64,000 nucleotides of DNA from Paragordius varius (Eukaryota; Animalia; Nematomorpha): NCBI GenBank assembly GCA_964247055.1, contig OZ176054.1, positions 9,858,001-9,922,000 on the forward strand, read 5' to 3'. The first letter of the stretch is position 1, and each line of letters starts with the position of its first letter. Under the pieces are notes generated by a model that saw nothing but the letters and a program-made list of their open reading frames with translations, had not been told where the DNA came from and ran no database searches. Shown one piece after another: positions 12,780 through 25,800 of this stretch. The position numbers were made by a program, and so were the translations under genes.

Positions 12780-13440
12780 AATAATTATTTATTTTTAGCA
12801 CAAATACATTATAAATATAAAAAAATTTGTACCTTACAGGTTGTTTGTACCTTATTCAATAAATTTATATGTGCACGAACAAAGGGTGAAGAGATTGTAA
12901 TATTCTAGAAAAAAATAATAAAGACGAAATCATCACAAAGTGCGCGGGTGATGCAAGATAGATGTTAAAATGCTTGAATATTGTGGAACTGTTGATTAGC
13001 TCTCTTGCCAGCGATTGAAATATTATAAAAATGTAATCTCCTAGAATCCTATTTTTTATCTCAGGACAAAGGTTAAAATTCCAAGTCAAAAAAGGTTAGA
13101 AAATAATTTTATACCATTACCTAATTGCAATATTATAAAGCATCCAGAAAAACAAGGCTCCATGAATAGCCAGAAATGAAAACATATGTTATGGACAACA
13201 GAAAAAAATACGTAGGATAGAAATGGTTAAAATAATCACATTTAAACAAATTATGTTCCATACAATAATATTTTAATTGTAGAATTTTCATTATCTTTAC
13301 CTGAACCACTGCTATTGAACGCGTTTTCCACAGTAAATTAAGTAAGGACACGGAATCAAATTTAAATGTTGAATAAAAGCCATTGTATGTGTTCAAATAT
13401 AATTTGACAAATTAAGACTTATACAATATTTTAAGTAAGT
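12780..13440 (+). pseudogene. Inverted, internally deleted fragment of a related hAT transposase
   Basis: Plus strand encodes TLFNKFICARTK (compare TLFHKKFTCARTK in the minus copy), a region matching KMLGYCKTRWLA, and SLP...TAIERVF. It is inverted relative to the 13498-15330 gene. Confidence 0.75.
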
Positions 13441-13497
13441 TTGTTTATTTTTTAACATAAAAACTTTATAAATATAAGAGAACATTTATTCTTTGGT

Positions 13498-15330
13498 TTA
13501 TTTTTTGTTTGAGTGAATGCGTCTTAGCAGATTGTCATCATTTTTTAAAATATTGTAGAAGTCTCACAAAAATTTGTCAAATTATATTTGACAGATAAAA
13601 CGGCCTTTAAAGTTTCAACATTTAAATTTGATTTTTCCGATGTCCAAACCCGATTTACTGTGGGAAAAACGCGCTTAGCAGCGTAGGTAAAGATAGTGCG
13701 AATTCCACAATTTTTAAAATATTATTGTATGTAAAGTTGGCTTCAAAATAATGAAATATTTCCAACCATTTCTTTTCTACTGTATATTTTTCTTTTGTCC
13801 ATAATTTGAGTTTTTCATTATTAATATATTTTTTAACTAATGATACTTCAAAAAAAGATAATTTTCTGAAAGATTACTTTTTGAGAATTTTTGAGAGCAG
13901 ATATAATCAAATGATTTTAGGAACATCGCACCAATTAAATTCTGATTTTAATGTTATCCTATGAAAATGATCAATTTCATGTAATTGCGTCGTCCAGTCT
14001 TCCAAATAATCTTTACAGTTTGTATAAAACATTTTTATATGGGACAGGATATCTTGGCGATTTATTAAGCTTTGTTTTTCTAGATTATTCATTATATTGC
14101 GGATGGTTAATGGTATAAAATCATTTTCTAACCTTCTTGACATTGGAATTTCAGGTTACTAACTTCATTGGCGACTTCGATTGCCGAAATTTTGTCACCT
14201 TCTATAAATTTAATAACATTTTGAAAGAGAGAAGCTTGATTATGTAAGAATTCTAACCATATTTTTGAAGAATCACTTTCAAAAAACTTTATTAAAGTTG
14301 TAGGACATTTGTCCTGTGATAAACAAAAGATTTTAAAGGATCATACATTTTTAAAATTCTTTCGATAGCTGGCATAAAAGCTAACCAACGAGTTTTACAA
14401 TATCCAAGCATTTTTTGATATTGAACTTCTGCATTTTCATAGAATCTTTAAGCGTTTCAACACGTACCGTGTATATATAAAAATAGGAATATATTTTAAC
14501 AACTACATTTTCCACATCTAGGGGTAACAAATCAGCAGCTGTTTAAATAGCGTTGTGTATTACATGCGCTGCACACCCAACGCCTATAATGTTTTGATTG
14601 AGATTATCTGTTAATTTATAAAAAATATTTTTTGTTCCCCTCCTTGCTTTTCCACCAAAGTTCGTATTGGTGTTGTCAACGCAATATGCGATAATTTTGT
14701 CTTTTAAATTATTTTTTTCTAGGATATGCATTATTGAAGTAAATATTATTTCGGAATTTTCACCGGGTAGAGAAATTAAATCTAAAATTTTATTACTCCG
14801 GTTTCTGAATCATATCTTATTAAAGTGGGAAATAATTTTGTTTCATGAGGATTTGATGCATCAGAGTACAGGGATAAGAAAATTTTCAGCAAATCTTTTT
14901 GTATTTCAGAAAATGCATGTGGCGAAAGGACATTGCACACAATGGCTTCAGCCTTTGTACGGGCACATGTAAATTTTTTATGGAATAACGTGCGAATAAC
15001 CTGTGAGGTACAGTCCATAGATCTAAAGGAATGATCGTGATTAACAGCGTGAAAAGATAACACGCCCTCAGCTAGTGCCAAATTCTTTTCTTCCTCTCCA
15101 AAAGCGGTTTTTCTAAAAAAATCGCTCATTTTGTATAATGATGCCGCCTAATCTAAACAGTATGTTTCTGTGTTTCCATATGCTTTGTAATATCATGCTT
15201 GCCGCCATGTGCTAGAATGAATCCCCTCGCATATAAGTCATTTAACATATGATTCATTCTTGGTTTTTTTGATAAAAGGAAAATCTTTCATTAATTCATC
15301 GTTGAATTTATAACCTCTTTTTGTGCTCAT
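13498..15330 (-). pseudogene. hAT transposase pseudogene (about 610 codons, multiple stops and frameshifts)
   Basis: MSTKRGYKFNDELMKDFPF..., HSFRSMDC...CARTK, SDASN, DNTNTNFGG, GCAAHVIHN, YCKTRWLAFMPAIERIL, and a C-terminal KWLEIF...EFALSLP dimerisation-like region ending at TAA 13498-13500. Confidence 0.85.
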
Positions 15331-16639
15331 ATTTATAAACTACTATTAATATAATAAATATTATATAACCTTAATTTTCTGGAATAAACGTGTAAGATAC
15401 CGATTTGTGGTATTAATTTGGCTTTTAATAATGTTGGCAAGTAATAAAATATTAGTATAATAAATATTATATTACCATAATTTTCTGGAATAAACGTGTA
15501 ACGTACCGATTTGTGGTATCAATTTGTCTTTTAATCTAGAGATTTGTGGTATTAACTTGGCTTTTTGATAATGATGACAGTAGTAATAGGAAGGAAGGTG
15601 TATAATCATATGATATAAATTCGAAAAAAATAAATATTAATTTAAAAACAAAAAATTTTATAAAATTTATATAGATATTAAAGATATTTAATGATAAAAA
15701 ATTTAAACGGATAAAAAAAATTTATTTGTATTAAAAAAAAATTTTTTTAATATAATCGTGAAAAAGCGGGACATTTTAAAAACATAGCGGGACGCGGGAC
15801 AAAGTGTGAAAAATCGGGAATGTCCCGCCAAAAGCGGGACGTCTGGTCACCATACTGTATGGTGTATTCTTTGTTACAACAAAATATAAAATAAAAATTA
15901 GATTCTTAATTTGGTTGTGGTATTTTTTTAAACAGTTTGAAATTAGACTATAAATATTAAGGCTTAACACATCAGGTCGGCAAAATATAATTTAGCTTTA
16001 GGAGTTAGTTAATTAAGGAAATTCATGAAAAATTTGCGTTGATAAAAATTATGAATTTGTAATATAAGGTATATTAATACTATTATAAATACGATAAAAA
16101 ACATATAATAAATAGACTTTTATACAATATGTTTCCATATAATTTTATAGTTTAACTCCATCAATCAATAATTGCTAGTTTACTAAATATTTATTCCAAA
16201 ATGCAATAAAATTTCTGATAAAATCGGATAGAGCTGATGATTAAAGCATTAAATAATTTAAGGTAACATGGTTTTATTTCTATTCTAGTAACCTATTCTA
16301 ATTTTGAGATTGCTAGTATAGCGATCAGTTAAATTATTTATTTATCAAGGCTAAATTTTTTGACCAAATGTTTAATTTTTAACCAGAAACATTTTTTATC
16401 ACATTTTAATTTTCGATATAACGATAAACTAAATGCTCCAACCTATAGTTTAATAATTTTCTTAATTAATCTAACATTATTAGCGGATAAGCGCTAAAAA
16501 AATGTTTATACTTGTCCAAGCAGGAAAACTATGCATATTATCCCACTTCAGGGCAACATAGTTTCTATAGGTGGTGTAAATATATCGGCTAAAATATAAG
16601 AAAATTAATATGTATTCCTAACTTAAATTATTTAAATAA

Positions 16640-17735
16640 CACTAGTCGACAAATTTGGACATTTTTGAGCACCACCACTCAAACTTTTAAATTATGACTA
16701 ATTTCAGTGTTTTAAAACCGATGAAAAAATTTTTGTTCCCGCCAATCAGAATTTTGAAATATTATAAATCGAGAGAAAAAAATATAACATTATAATAAAA
16801 TGTTAATATATTATAAACTTAATATCATTTAATAAAGCGTTTTACACTTTTTGAATATAAATATGTCATTTAAATATCAGAGAGAAAAAAATAGTACGGA
16901 CTTAATCGTCAAAATTTAGTCTTTTTCTTTCAAGTGAGTTTTTAATACGTATAAAAAAATTTTAAAAAAATACTAAAAAGGGCATTCTATGGTTTAAACC
17001 TTCGGCTTTTAGATAGGCTATATTTTTTTTGTTAGTTTTCGTTCTTTCGAGTACTTATTAGGCTTTTTTTCTCGAGTTGGTTCTTACAAAAAATCCTTTA
17101 TTTATACCTAGTGGATATACTTTATTTTTTAAAATAATTGGTTTATATTTTTAATTTCAGATGGATGTTGTGTAGCCACTTTTAGTAGAATTCACTACTA
17201 TGGGATTGGACCATTTGTATTTACCTAATCTTTTTATTCAATTTAATTGTAGAATTTATCTAACTTTATTCTGTGAATTGGTTAATTTGACATGCCAATT
17301 TGCCTGGATTTTGCTTGCAAGTCTCTCTTATCGGGCTTTACGATTACTTATTGTTATCTTTACCATATCTGGCATAATTGGATCGCTTGGGGGATATGCA
17401 GAGCTTGTGCAGCCGCCCGGATCTATGACACTATACATAAGCCCCTTTTAGATTTTTAATACTTTGGCTCTTAGCTTGTTTAGTATCTTATTTAATGCCT
17501 AGAATTTTGTTATTCATGCATGGAATATTACTTGTATCGACTTGTTCGTTTGAATATTTAAACATATATACACGAGGAATGATTGTTATTTTTATATTAA
17601 ATACAAATTTAATAATTAAATTTCGGAAAACTATTGGTGGCCTCAATTTTCTTTTTCGTTTTGGCCTTTCCATGCCATTAGGTATCAGAAAATGCAAAAA
17701 TAATGGGGTGGTGCAAAACCTTGTTGAGAAGTGTA
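16640..17735 (+). repeat. ~1.1-kb dispersed duplication copy A (paralog 40186-41310)
   Basis: Collinear, about 85-90% identical by eye. Begins at the cactagtcgac element end and includes a GC-richer core (17160-17450). Confidence 0.9.
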
Positions 17736-17881
17736 ATTAATGATGTAAAAGTTATTTACATTCCGCTTAAAAAATACTTTCAGAACTCCTATATAGAAAT
17801 TACACTAAAAAATGATCTTATGTTTGTATTTGAGGTATTTATTATATTTATAACGTTTTGCCTGGTAAACTTAGATTAGCC

Positions 17882-17903
17882 TATATATATATATATATAT
17901 ATA
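17882..17903. repeat. (TA)n microsatellite
   Basis: Directly visible. Confidence 0.9.
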
Positions 17904-20293
17904 TTTGAAAATCCAATTTTTTTGGTAAAATTCACATTTGTAATTAACCCTTAAATACTTTTTAATCAATAACTATGATAAATATTGATTAGAGAATATC
18001 AACAATATTTTATTCAATCGAAATCAAGTGATTACCATCTAATTTTCGCATTACGTGGCGGTGTTAAGCCGACCCATCATAAAATATATAATACGACTGC
18101 GCATAATAAAGGTTGTTAAAATTATATTTAAAGAATAAAAAAATTACATCTTCTCTGCCCGTTCATTAGTTTAAATCCTAAAAGTTAAACAGTAGCGCAA
18201 TTAAGAATTCACCTTTTTTTGCAATTATGTGATGGGAACACAAATATAACTCAATCTGTCAATTAATTGGATATATTTGCAATAAAATTCAATTATAATT
18301 GAGAACTTCTATTGTTGATTTCTTAAATATTTTGATTTTAAAAGATTATTTATCTTGGGATGATTTAATAAACCGATGATGATTGGTGGATTTTTCTAAT
18401 TCAGAATTTCAACTAATATTATAATGTTTAATTGTGATATGAGGGTCTCTAAATAATTTAAACCTAAAATTGCAAGGTAATCACAATATAACATTTCTTA
18501 AGGATCGATAAACGCATTTATTGAACTGCATTGGATAAAACAACATAAACTGTTTATAAAATTATCTCAAATTGCCTTTACGTATTTTGATACCTTTTGG
18601 ATCAACTTATTTGTGTAAATATATTAAATAACTAATAAAACTAGAAAATGCGCCCTAAAAGATTTCAACAAACCCAGATACAAGGACCTCATGATAATGA
18701 TTATTATAATATTGCACTGGTGCAAAATTATTTGATTTTTTTACATGAGATAGCTCATAACCACTGAATCCATTTGCCGCAAATTACATTTGTTGACGAT
18801 GTAGTTTTTGAAATAGAAAATCGAAATTGGGCAAAAAGCAAAAATTAAGGGTAATCAATGATAATTAATAGAGTAAACTTAAATTAGGTATTATCATTTT
18901 ATCGAATATATACAATTTATAAAAGCTTAAAATCATTAATTAAGATTTTTATAAACTCAGATTAAAAAATCGTGTTTTCTTAACATTCATATATAAAATA
19001 TACTAGTTAACTCATTATTATATTTACTTTCATATTTTATTATTAAAAACAAGATATACAAATAAAAATTAACACATGGTTTTTTTTATAGAGATGTCTG
19101 GTTCATGAATGTAAAATAAATTTACTTTTTTATTTTGAAATCGTACAATTAATAAAATAGTATTTCCCAAATATATTAACCAACAATCCGTACAAATCCT
19201 GTTATAAGTTTGTAAATAAAATTTTTACCGGAATATATACGGATTTTTGGTTGATATTCCACTACTTAGAAATCCTATTTCGTATTTGTATACTATAATA
19301 TTCCCGCTTATGTTTCGAAAATAAAACAGTAAATTTATTATATCATGAACCAGATGACAAAAATTGTAAAAATACGATATTTTATTAATTTTATTTAGAT
19401 AATTTTTACTGTATAAAGTATGAATAAGATTTTAGTAGTCGGTTTAACTGCTAAATAATTAAAAAATATTTTAATATAGTTTCATGAAATTGTTTTAATA
19501 AAAACACTAGTTATAGGATTTAAAGCTATTCATAAAAAATGATAATAAAAAATTGAGCCTCTTTTTTGCACATATCGTTATAATAAAATTACATTATCTT
19601 TGTTTTTTTAGTAAACGAATATAAAGGCAAAAATGCCGAAATATCAGGATAAGAATATAAAACATATGCTATGATATAACATCAAAATAATGAAAAATTG
19701 GCAAAATTTTGAAGCTTCTATGTTATATAAGTATGGTGTATATATAATTTAATGATGCTGAACATAACCATAACTTCAAAATTTGTATTAAAAGTGCTCA
19801 AATTAATTTTAAATATAAATATATTTTTTACATAAATCACTTGAATTCGAGAGCAAACAAATCTTTAATTAAATTCTAAGTTATGAAAAATGCAGCCTGG
19901 GCTTTTTTTGTTTATTGTTAGAAAATTTTGAATGAGGGGGTAAAAATAAGAGAATATCGGCTACCTCTAATAATAAAAATTTTATAAAATTATTGTTTCG
20001 CTGATATAGATAATGTTTAGTCATATTTATGTATGAAGAATTTAGCTTTTGCTAGAAAATAATAATTTAAGCAAAATTTTTGATTAGAACAAACAAATGT
20101 GTAAACATTTTTCCAAGGCCCACCAAAACCATGAAAAATCTGAAATTTCTTATTTCATCAAGTTTTTTGTGTACACTATGGGATGTCACTATAATTTATG
20201 TGATCGATAGAATAAAGCAAGTAAATTCTTAAACTCGCATTTACTGCCTCGTATTTACTATAAATATGGATCGGATAAAAAACTTTTTAATTA

Positions 20294-20912
20294 AACCATT
20301 TGCACTGGTTGGACATTAAAAACTTCAAGTTGGCCCTTGAATGGTCTTTAAACACCTCCATTTGGTCCTCGAACAGTTGGTTGATTCAAGTTGGTTCTTA
20401 AAATTTTAATTTTTGATTTAACCATAATTTTTGCATGCATTTTTTATTTTATTATTTTTTAACCTAATTTTCTTTATTTAGTATATATTTATTCATTTAA
20501 TAATATAAAATTTTCTTCAACCACTTTTTTATTTCAAACTATTTTTTTTACAATTCAACAAAATTATAAACTTTTAAATGATTTTAATGAAAAACCCAGT
20601 AAACTTATATATTTTTTAGTTACTTGTTAATAATAAATTTCCGATATAATTTTTAGAAATTAACAAAGATATACGGTTTTTAATTATTAAAAGTTGATAT
20701 CTATTCAAATTTATGTTAAATAATAGAAAATAGGTTAAAAACGATAAAATAGCTGAATTATTTACGATGATTGATATAAATTAATAATAAAACAAAAAAG
20801 CCAAAGGACCAACTTGAAGGAAGTGTTTAAAGACCAACTTGAAGTAATCAAGGACCAACTTGGAATGTTCGAGGACTAAAAGTGTTCAAGGACTCTTGAA
20901 GTGCAAATGGTA
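20294..20912. mobile_element. Foldback-type MITE in each array unit (also 23201-23819, 26110-26728, 29019-29637)
   Basis: ccatttgcact...agtgcaaatggta TIR with subterminal acttcaagttggtccttga-type repeats; same family as 46648-47308. Confidence 0.8.
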
Positions 20913-21725
20913 TATTAAATTTTATTATGAGAAAAGTATTGAATTGAATAAGAATTTTTTTCAAAACTACTGAGTTTTTTTAGGGTTTTATGTACAACAG
21001 TAGTCATATTTTTAATAATTTCGAATTTGGAATCAGAGTTTTTTATCAAAAATTATTATAACCATAGTCAATTATATTTTAAACCCCGAATAATTGGATA
21101 AATAAAATTTGATATATATATATATATATATATAATTGCTACACAATGTGAAATAACCCAAATTTATTCATAAACTTAAACAATACGATTCATCAATATA
21201 TTATGTGGACGCGTGTTTAATGGTATCGGTTAACCCAGTTCACATTGGTTATTACTATTTTTATACACCATTAGATTTGATAATACATTATAAACGGAAA
21301 ATCTAGTTTTTTGAAATTAAAATTTTCCGATTTTTGGCAGCGAAAAATTTTTTTTATTAAAATTAGCATCCTCTAACAGTTTTTAAATATACATTAAAGG
21401 AAAATTTCCGATAAAACCGATTTTGAGTTTTAGATGTCAAAATTAATAAGCGACAGAATATTTAAAACTGTAAATTATGCCAAATATTGTAATTTTACCA
21501 ATACTATAGTATAAGGTTAAATGTTACATATAAAAAATCAGTAAAAAGAGGCTGTTAATAATGTTTGTATAAACTCATGGGGATTCTCAATGGATTATAA
21601 TATGAACGTGGTGTTGGAAAATTATGTAATTTGTAGTTGAAGGAGAATGGGCGCTTTGGTAGACCATATAACTACCGAGATGATATAGTGTGAGAGAGAA
21701 CGATGGGCCAATTTAAAAAGCATTA

Positions 21726-22850
21726 CACTGGACAACAAATTTTTCTGCCATTCGAGTTTTTTGAATTTTCTTATATTTAGTATCATTTTAACAGAAAATC
21801 TGAAATAAAAATTATAACTCGTTGGAAGAATTTTGTGTAATTTGATTTTTTTTTGATTATGCGCCCTCTTTATCAAAATTTTACTAAAAAATATATTTCT
21901 TTCAAAATATACAATAATGCCCATTTGTAATATACCATTTGAAAGAGTAATAAAAACTCTATAAAATGCATACTAATATGTATTACATCGACACTTAATA
22001 TTGGACACAAAGAGCCACAAACGCGCGAAGCGAGAGCATTTTTTTTAATTATTATAATTTTAAAACTAATGGATGAAAATAGCTCAAACTTTGTTTAGAT
22101 GGTGATGAATGTCCAAAAAAGATAACACAAGAAAGTATTTTTGATTAAACATTTTTTTATTGCTTTTTTGTCACTCAAAACAGCCATTTTTAGGTTTTTT
22201 GTTTTTTAAAAACTACCATCTCATCAATATTAATTTATTTTCTTTATAATGCTGATAATTTCGAAATTTTAAAGATAAAAACAAAGTTTAAGGTATTTTT
22301 GATCTTTTATAGCCATTATGGAATAAATTTACAGTTATAACTATGCATTTTAGTATCCACTAGGTAAAATTTTTATGATAATAAAAATTTTTATTAAAAA
22401 AGCAAGCCAAAAGCTTTTTCAAACATTTTTTTTAAATTAAATACTAATATAACCCTAATAATAATATTAAAATAATTTAAATGATTTAAAAATTAGTTTG
22501 TCTGTGAAAATTCCTGACTTATTTAAGGGTTGAAAATTTTGACCATTTAAATCCAAATAACTTTTACATCCGATGGATTTAATTGACTTACTACCATTTA
22601 AAAGATGCAGTTTTTTGCGCTCTTTCGAATGATATAAAATACATGGCTTCATATCTAAAACTTTAAATTTATGAAATTTCGAGTTTAATGTTAAATCGGG
22701 GCCAAAAATTATCGATAAACTCTAATATAAAAAAATTCTTTCATGTAGGACCAATTTTCTTTTCAGATATACTAATTATGTACTTTAATGAAATAAATTT
22801 TAAATTTACAAGAATGGCCGTTAAAAAAAGTTAAAATTTGTTGTCTAGTG
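21726..22850. mobile_element. 1125-bp non-autonomous TIR element with CACTRG termini (also 24635-25759, 27544-28668, 30453-31577)
   Basis: TIR cactggacaacaaatttt / aaaatttgttgtctagtg (17/18 match). TTA on the left of every copy and TTA on the right of the last copy (31578-31580). CAC termini with a TWA TSD suggest Chapaev3/CMC-like (inference). Confidence 0.85.
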
Positions 22851-25800
22851 TAATAAGAGAATATCGGCTACCTCTAATAATAAAAATTTTATAAAATTAT
22901 TGTTTCGCTGATATAGATAATGTTTAGTCATATTTATGTATGAAGAATTTAGCTTTTGCTAGAAAATAATAATTTAAGCAAAATTTTTGATTAGAACAAA
23001 CAAATGTGTAAACATTTTTCCAAGGCCCACCAAAACCATGAAAAATCTGAAATTTCTTATTTCATCAAGTTTTTTGTGTACACTATGGGATGTCACTATA
23101 ATTTATGTGATCGATAGAATAAAGCAAGTAAATTCTTAAACTCGCATTTACTGCCTCGTATTTACTATAAATATGGATCGGATAAAAAACTTTTTAATTA
23201 AACCATTTGCACTGGTTGGACATTAAAAACTTCAAGTTGGCCCTTGAATGGTCTTTAAACACCTCCATTTGGTCCTCGAACAGTTGGTTGATTCAAGTTG
23301 GTTCTTAAAATTTTAATTTTTGATTTAACCATAATTTTTGCATGCATTTTTTATTTTATTATTTTTTAACCTAATTTTCTTTATTTAGTATATATTTATT
23401 CATTTAATAATATAAAATTTTCTTCAACCACTTTTTTATTTCAAACTATTTTTTTTACAATTCAACAAAATTATAAACTTTTAAATGATTTTAATGAAAA
23501 ACCCAGTAAACTTATATATTTTTTAGTTACTTGTTAATAATAAATTTCCGATATAATTTTTAGAAATTAACAAAGATATACGGTTTTTAATTATTAAAAG
23601 TTGATATCTATTCAAATTTATGTTAAATAATAGAAAATAGGTTAAAAACGATAAAATAGCTGAATTATTTACGATGATTGATATAAATTAATAATAAAAC
23701 AAAAAAGCCAAAGGACCAACTTGAAGGAAGTGTTTAAAGACCAACTTGAAGTAATCAAGGACCAACTTGGAATGTTCGAGGACTAAAAGTGTTCAAGGAC
23801 TCTTGAAGTGCAAATGGTATATTAAATTTTATTATGAGAAAAGTATTGAATTGAATAAGAATTTTTTTCAAAACTACTGAGTTTTTTTAGGGTTTTATGT
23901 ACAACAGTAGTCATATTTTTAATAATTTCGAATTTGGAATCAGAGTTTTTTATCAAAAATTATTATAACCATAGTCAATTATATTTTAAACCCCGAATAA
24001 TTGGATAAATAAAATTTGATATATATATATATATATATATATAATTGCTACACAATGTGAAATAACCCAAATTTATTCATAAACTTAAACAATACGATTC
24101 ATCAATATATTATGTGGACGCGTGTTTAATGGTATCGGTTAACCCAGTTCACATTGTTTATTACTATTTTTATACACCATTAGATTTGATAATACATTAT
24201 AAACGGAAAATCTAGTTTTTTGAAATTAAAATTTTCCGATTTTTGGCAGCGAAAAATTTTTTTTATTAAAATTAGCATCCTCTAACAGTTTTTAAATATA
24301 CATTAAAGGAAAATTTCCGATAAAACCGATTTTGAGTTTTAGATGTCAAAATTAATAAGCGACAGAATATTTAAAACTGTAAATTATGCCAAATATTGTA
24401 ATTTTACCAATACTATAGTATAAGGTTAAATGTTACATATAAAAAATCAGTAAAAAGAGGCTGTTAATAATGTTTGTATAAACTCATGGGGATTCTCAAT
24501 GGATTATAATATGAACGTGGTGTTGGAAAATTATGTAATTTGTAGTTGAAGGAGAATGGGCGCTTTGGTAGACCATATAACTACCGAGATGATATAGTGT
24601 GAGAGAGAACGATGGGCCAATTTAAAAAGCATTACACTGGACAACAAATTTTTCTGCCATTCGAGTTTTTTGAATTTTCTTATATTTAGTATCATTTTAA
24701 CAGAAAATCTGAAATAAAAATTATAACTCGTTGGAAGAATTTTGTGTAATTTGATTTTTTTTGATTATGCGCCCTCTTTATCAAAATTTTACTAAAAAAT
24801 ATATTTCTTTCAAAATATACAAGTAATGCCCATTTGTAATATACCATTTGAAAGAGTAATAAAAACTCTATAAAATGCATACTAATATGTATTACATCGA
24901 CACTTAATATTGGACACAAAGAGCCACAAACGCGCGAAGCGAGAGCATTTTTTTTAATTATTATAATTTTAAAACTAATGGATGAAAATAGCTCAAACTT
25001 TGTTTAGATGGTGATGAATGTCCAAAAAAGATAACACAAGAAAGTATTTTTGATTAAACATTTTTTTATTGCTTTTTTGTCACTCAAAACAGCCATTTTT
25101 AGGTTTTTTGTTTTTTAAAAACTACCATCTCATCAATATTAATTTATTTTCTTTATAATGCTGATAATTTCGAAATTTTAAAGATAAAAACAAAGTTTAA
25201 GGTATTTTTGATCTTTTATAGCCATTATGGAATAAATTTACAGTTATAACTATGCATTTTAGTATCCACTAGGTAAAATTTTTATGATAATAAAAATTTT
25301 TATTAAAAAAGCAAGCCAAAAGCTTTTTCAAACATTTTTTTTAAATTAAATACTAATATAACCCTAATAATAATATTAAAATAATTTAAATGATTTAAAA
25401 ATTAGTTTGTCTGTGAAAATTCCTGACTTATTTAAGGGTTGAAAATTTTGACCATTTAAATCTAAATAACTTTTACATCCGATTGATTTAATTGACTTAC
25501 TACCATTTAAAAGATGCAGTTTTTTGCGCTCTTTCGAATGATATAAAATACATGGCTTCATATCTAAAACTTTAAATTTATGAAATTTCGAGTTTAATGT
25601 TAAATCGGGGCCAAAAATTATCGATAAACTCTAATATAAAAAAATTCTTTCATGTAGGACCAATTTTCTTTTCAGATATACTAATTATGTACTTTAATGA
25701 AATAAATTTTAAATTTACAAGAATGGCCGTTAAAAAAAGTTAAAATTTGTTGTCTAGTGTAATAAGAGAATATCGGCTACCTCTAATAATAAAAATTTTA

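Larger units (their letters stand above)
12689..15855 (-). mobile_element. hAT-Blackjack-like DNA transposon (~3.17 kb)
   Basis: Termini taaggtgacc (12689) and tatggtgacc (reverse complement at 15854), resembling MER81/MER94 TAGGGTGACC. Subterminal gcgggac repeats. Flanks agtatggt and tgtatggt form a near-TSD. Transposase inside. Confidence 0.8.

Noticed and set aside
17200-17740. Plus-strand ORFs 17200-17451 and 17495-17740 and a tttcag acceptor at 17160
   Set aside because: Frames are not preserved in the 40.7-41.3 kb paralog (indels), and changes in the short plus-strand exon frame are all nonsynonymous.
21560-21725. GC-richer patch joining 31578 onward after removing the TIR element; vague Harbinger-like or SFNYK similarity
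   Set aside because: Several stops in every frame and only short motif matches; cannot be assigned without a database search.
22845-22850. CTAG(T) as a Helitron 3' end explaining the tandem array
   Set aside because: It is part of an 18-bp TIR paired with 21726, a TSD is present, and I saw no subterminal hairpin or 5' TC end.
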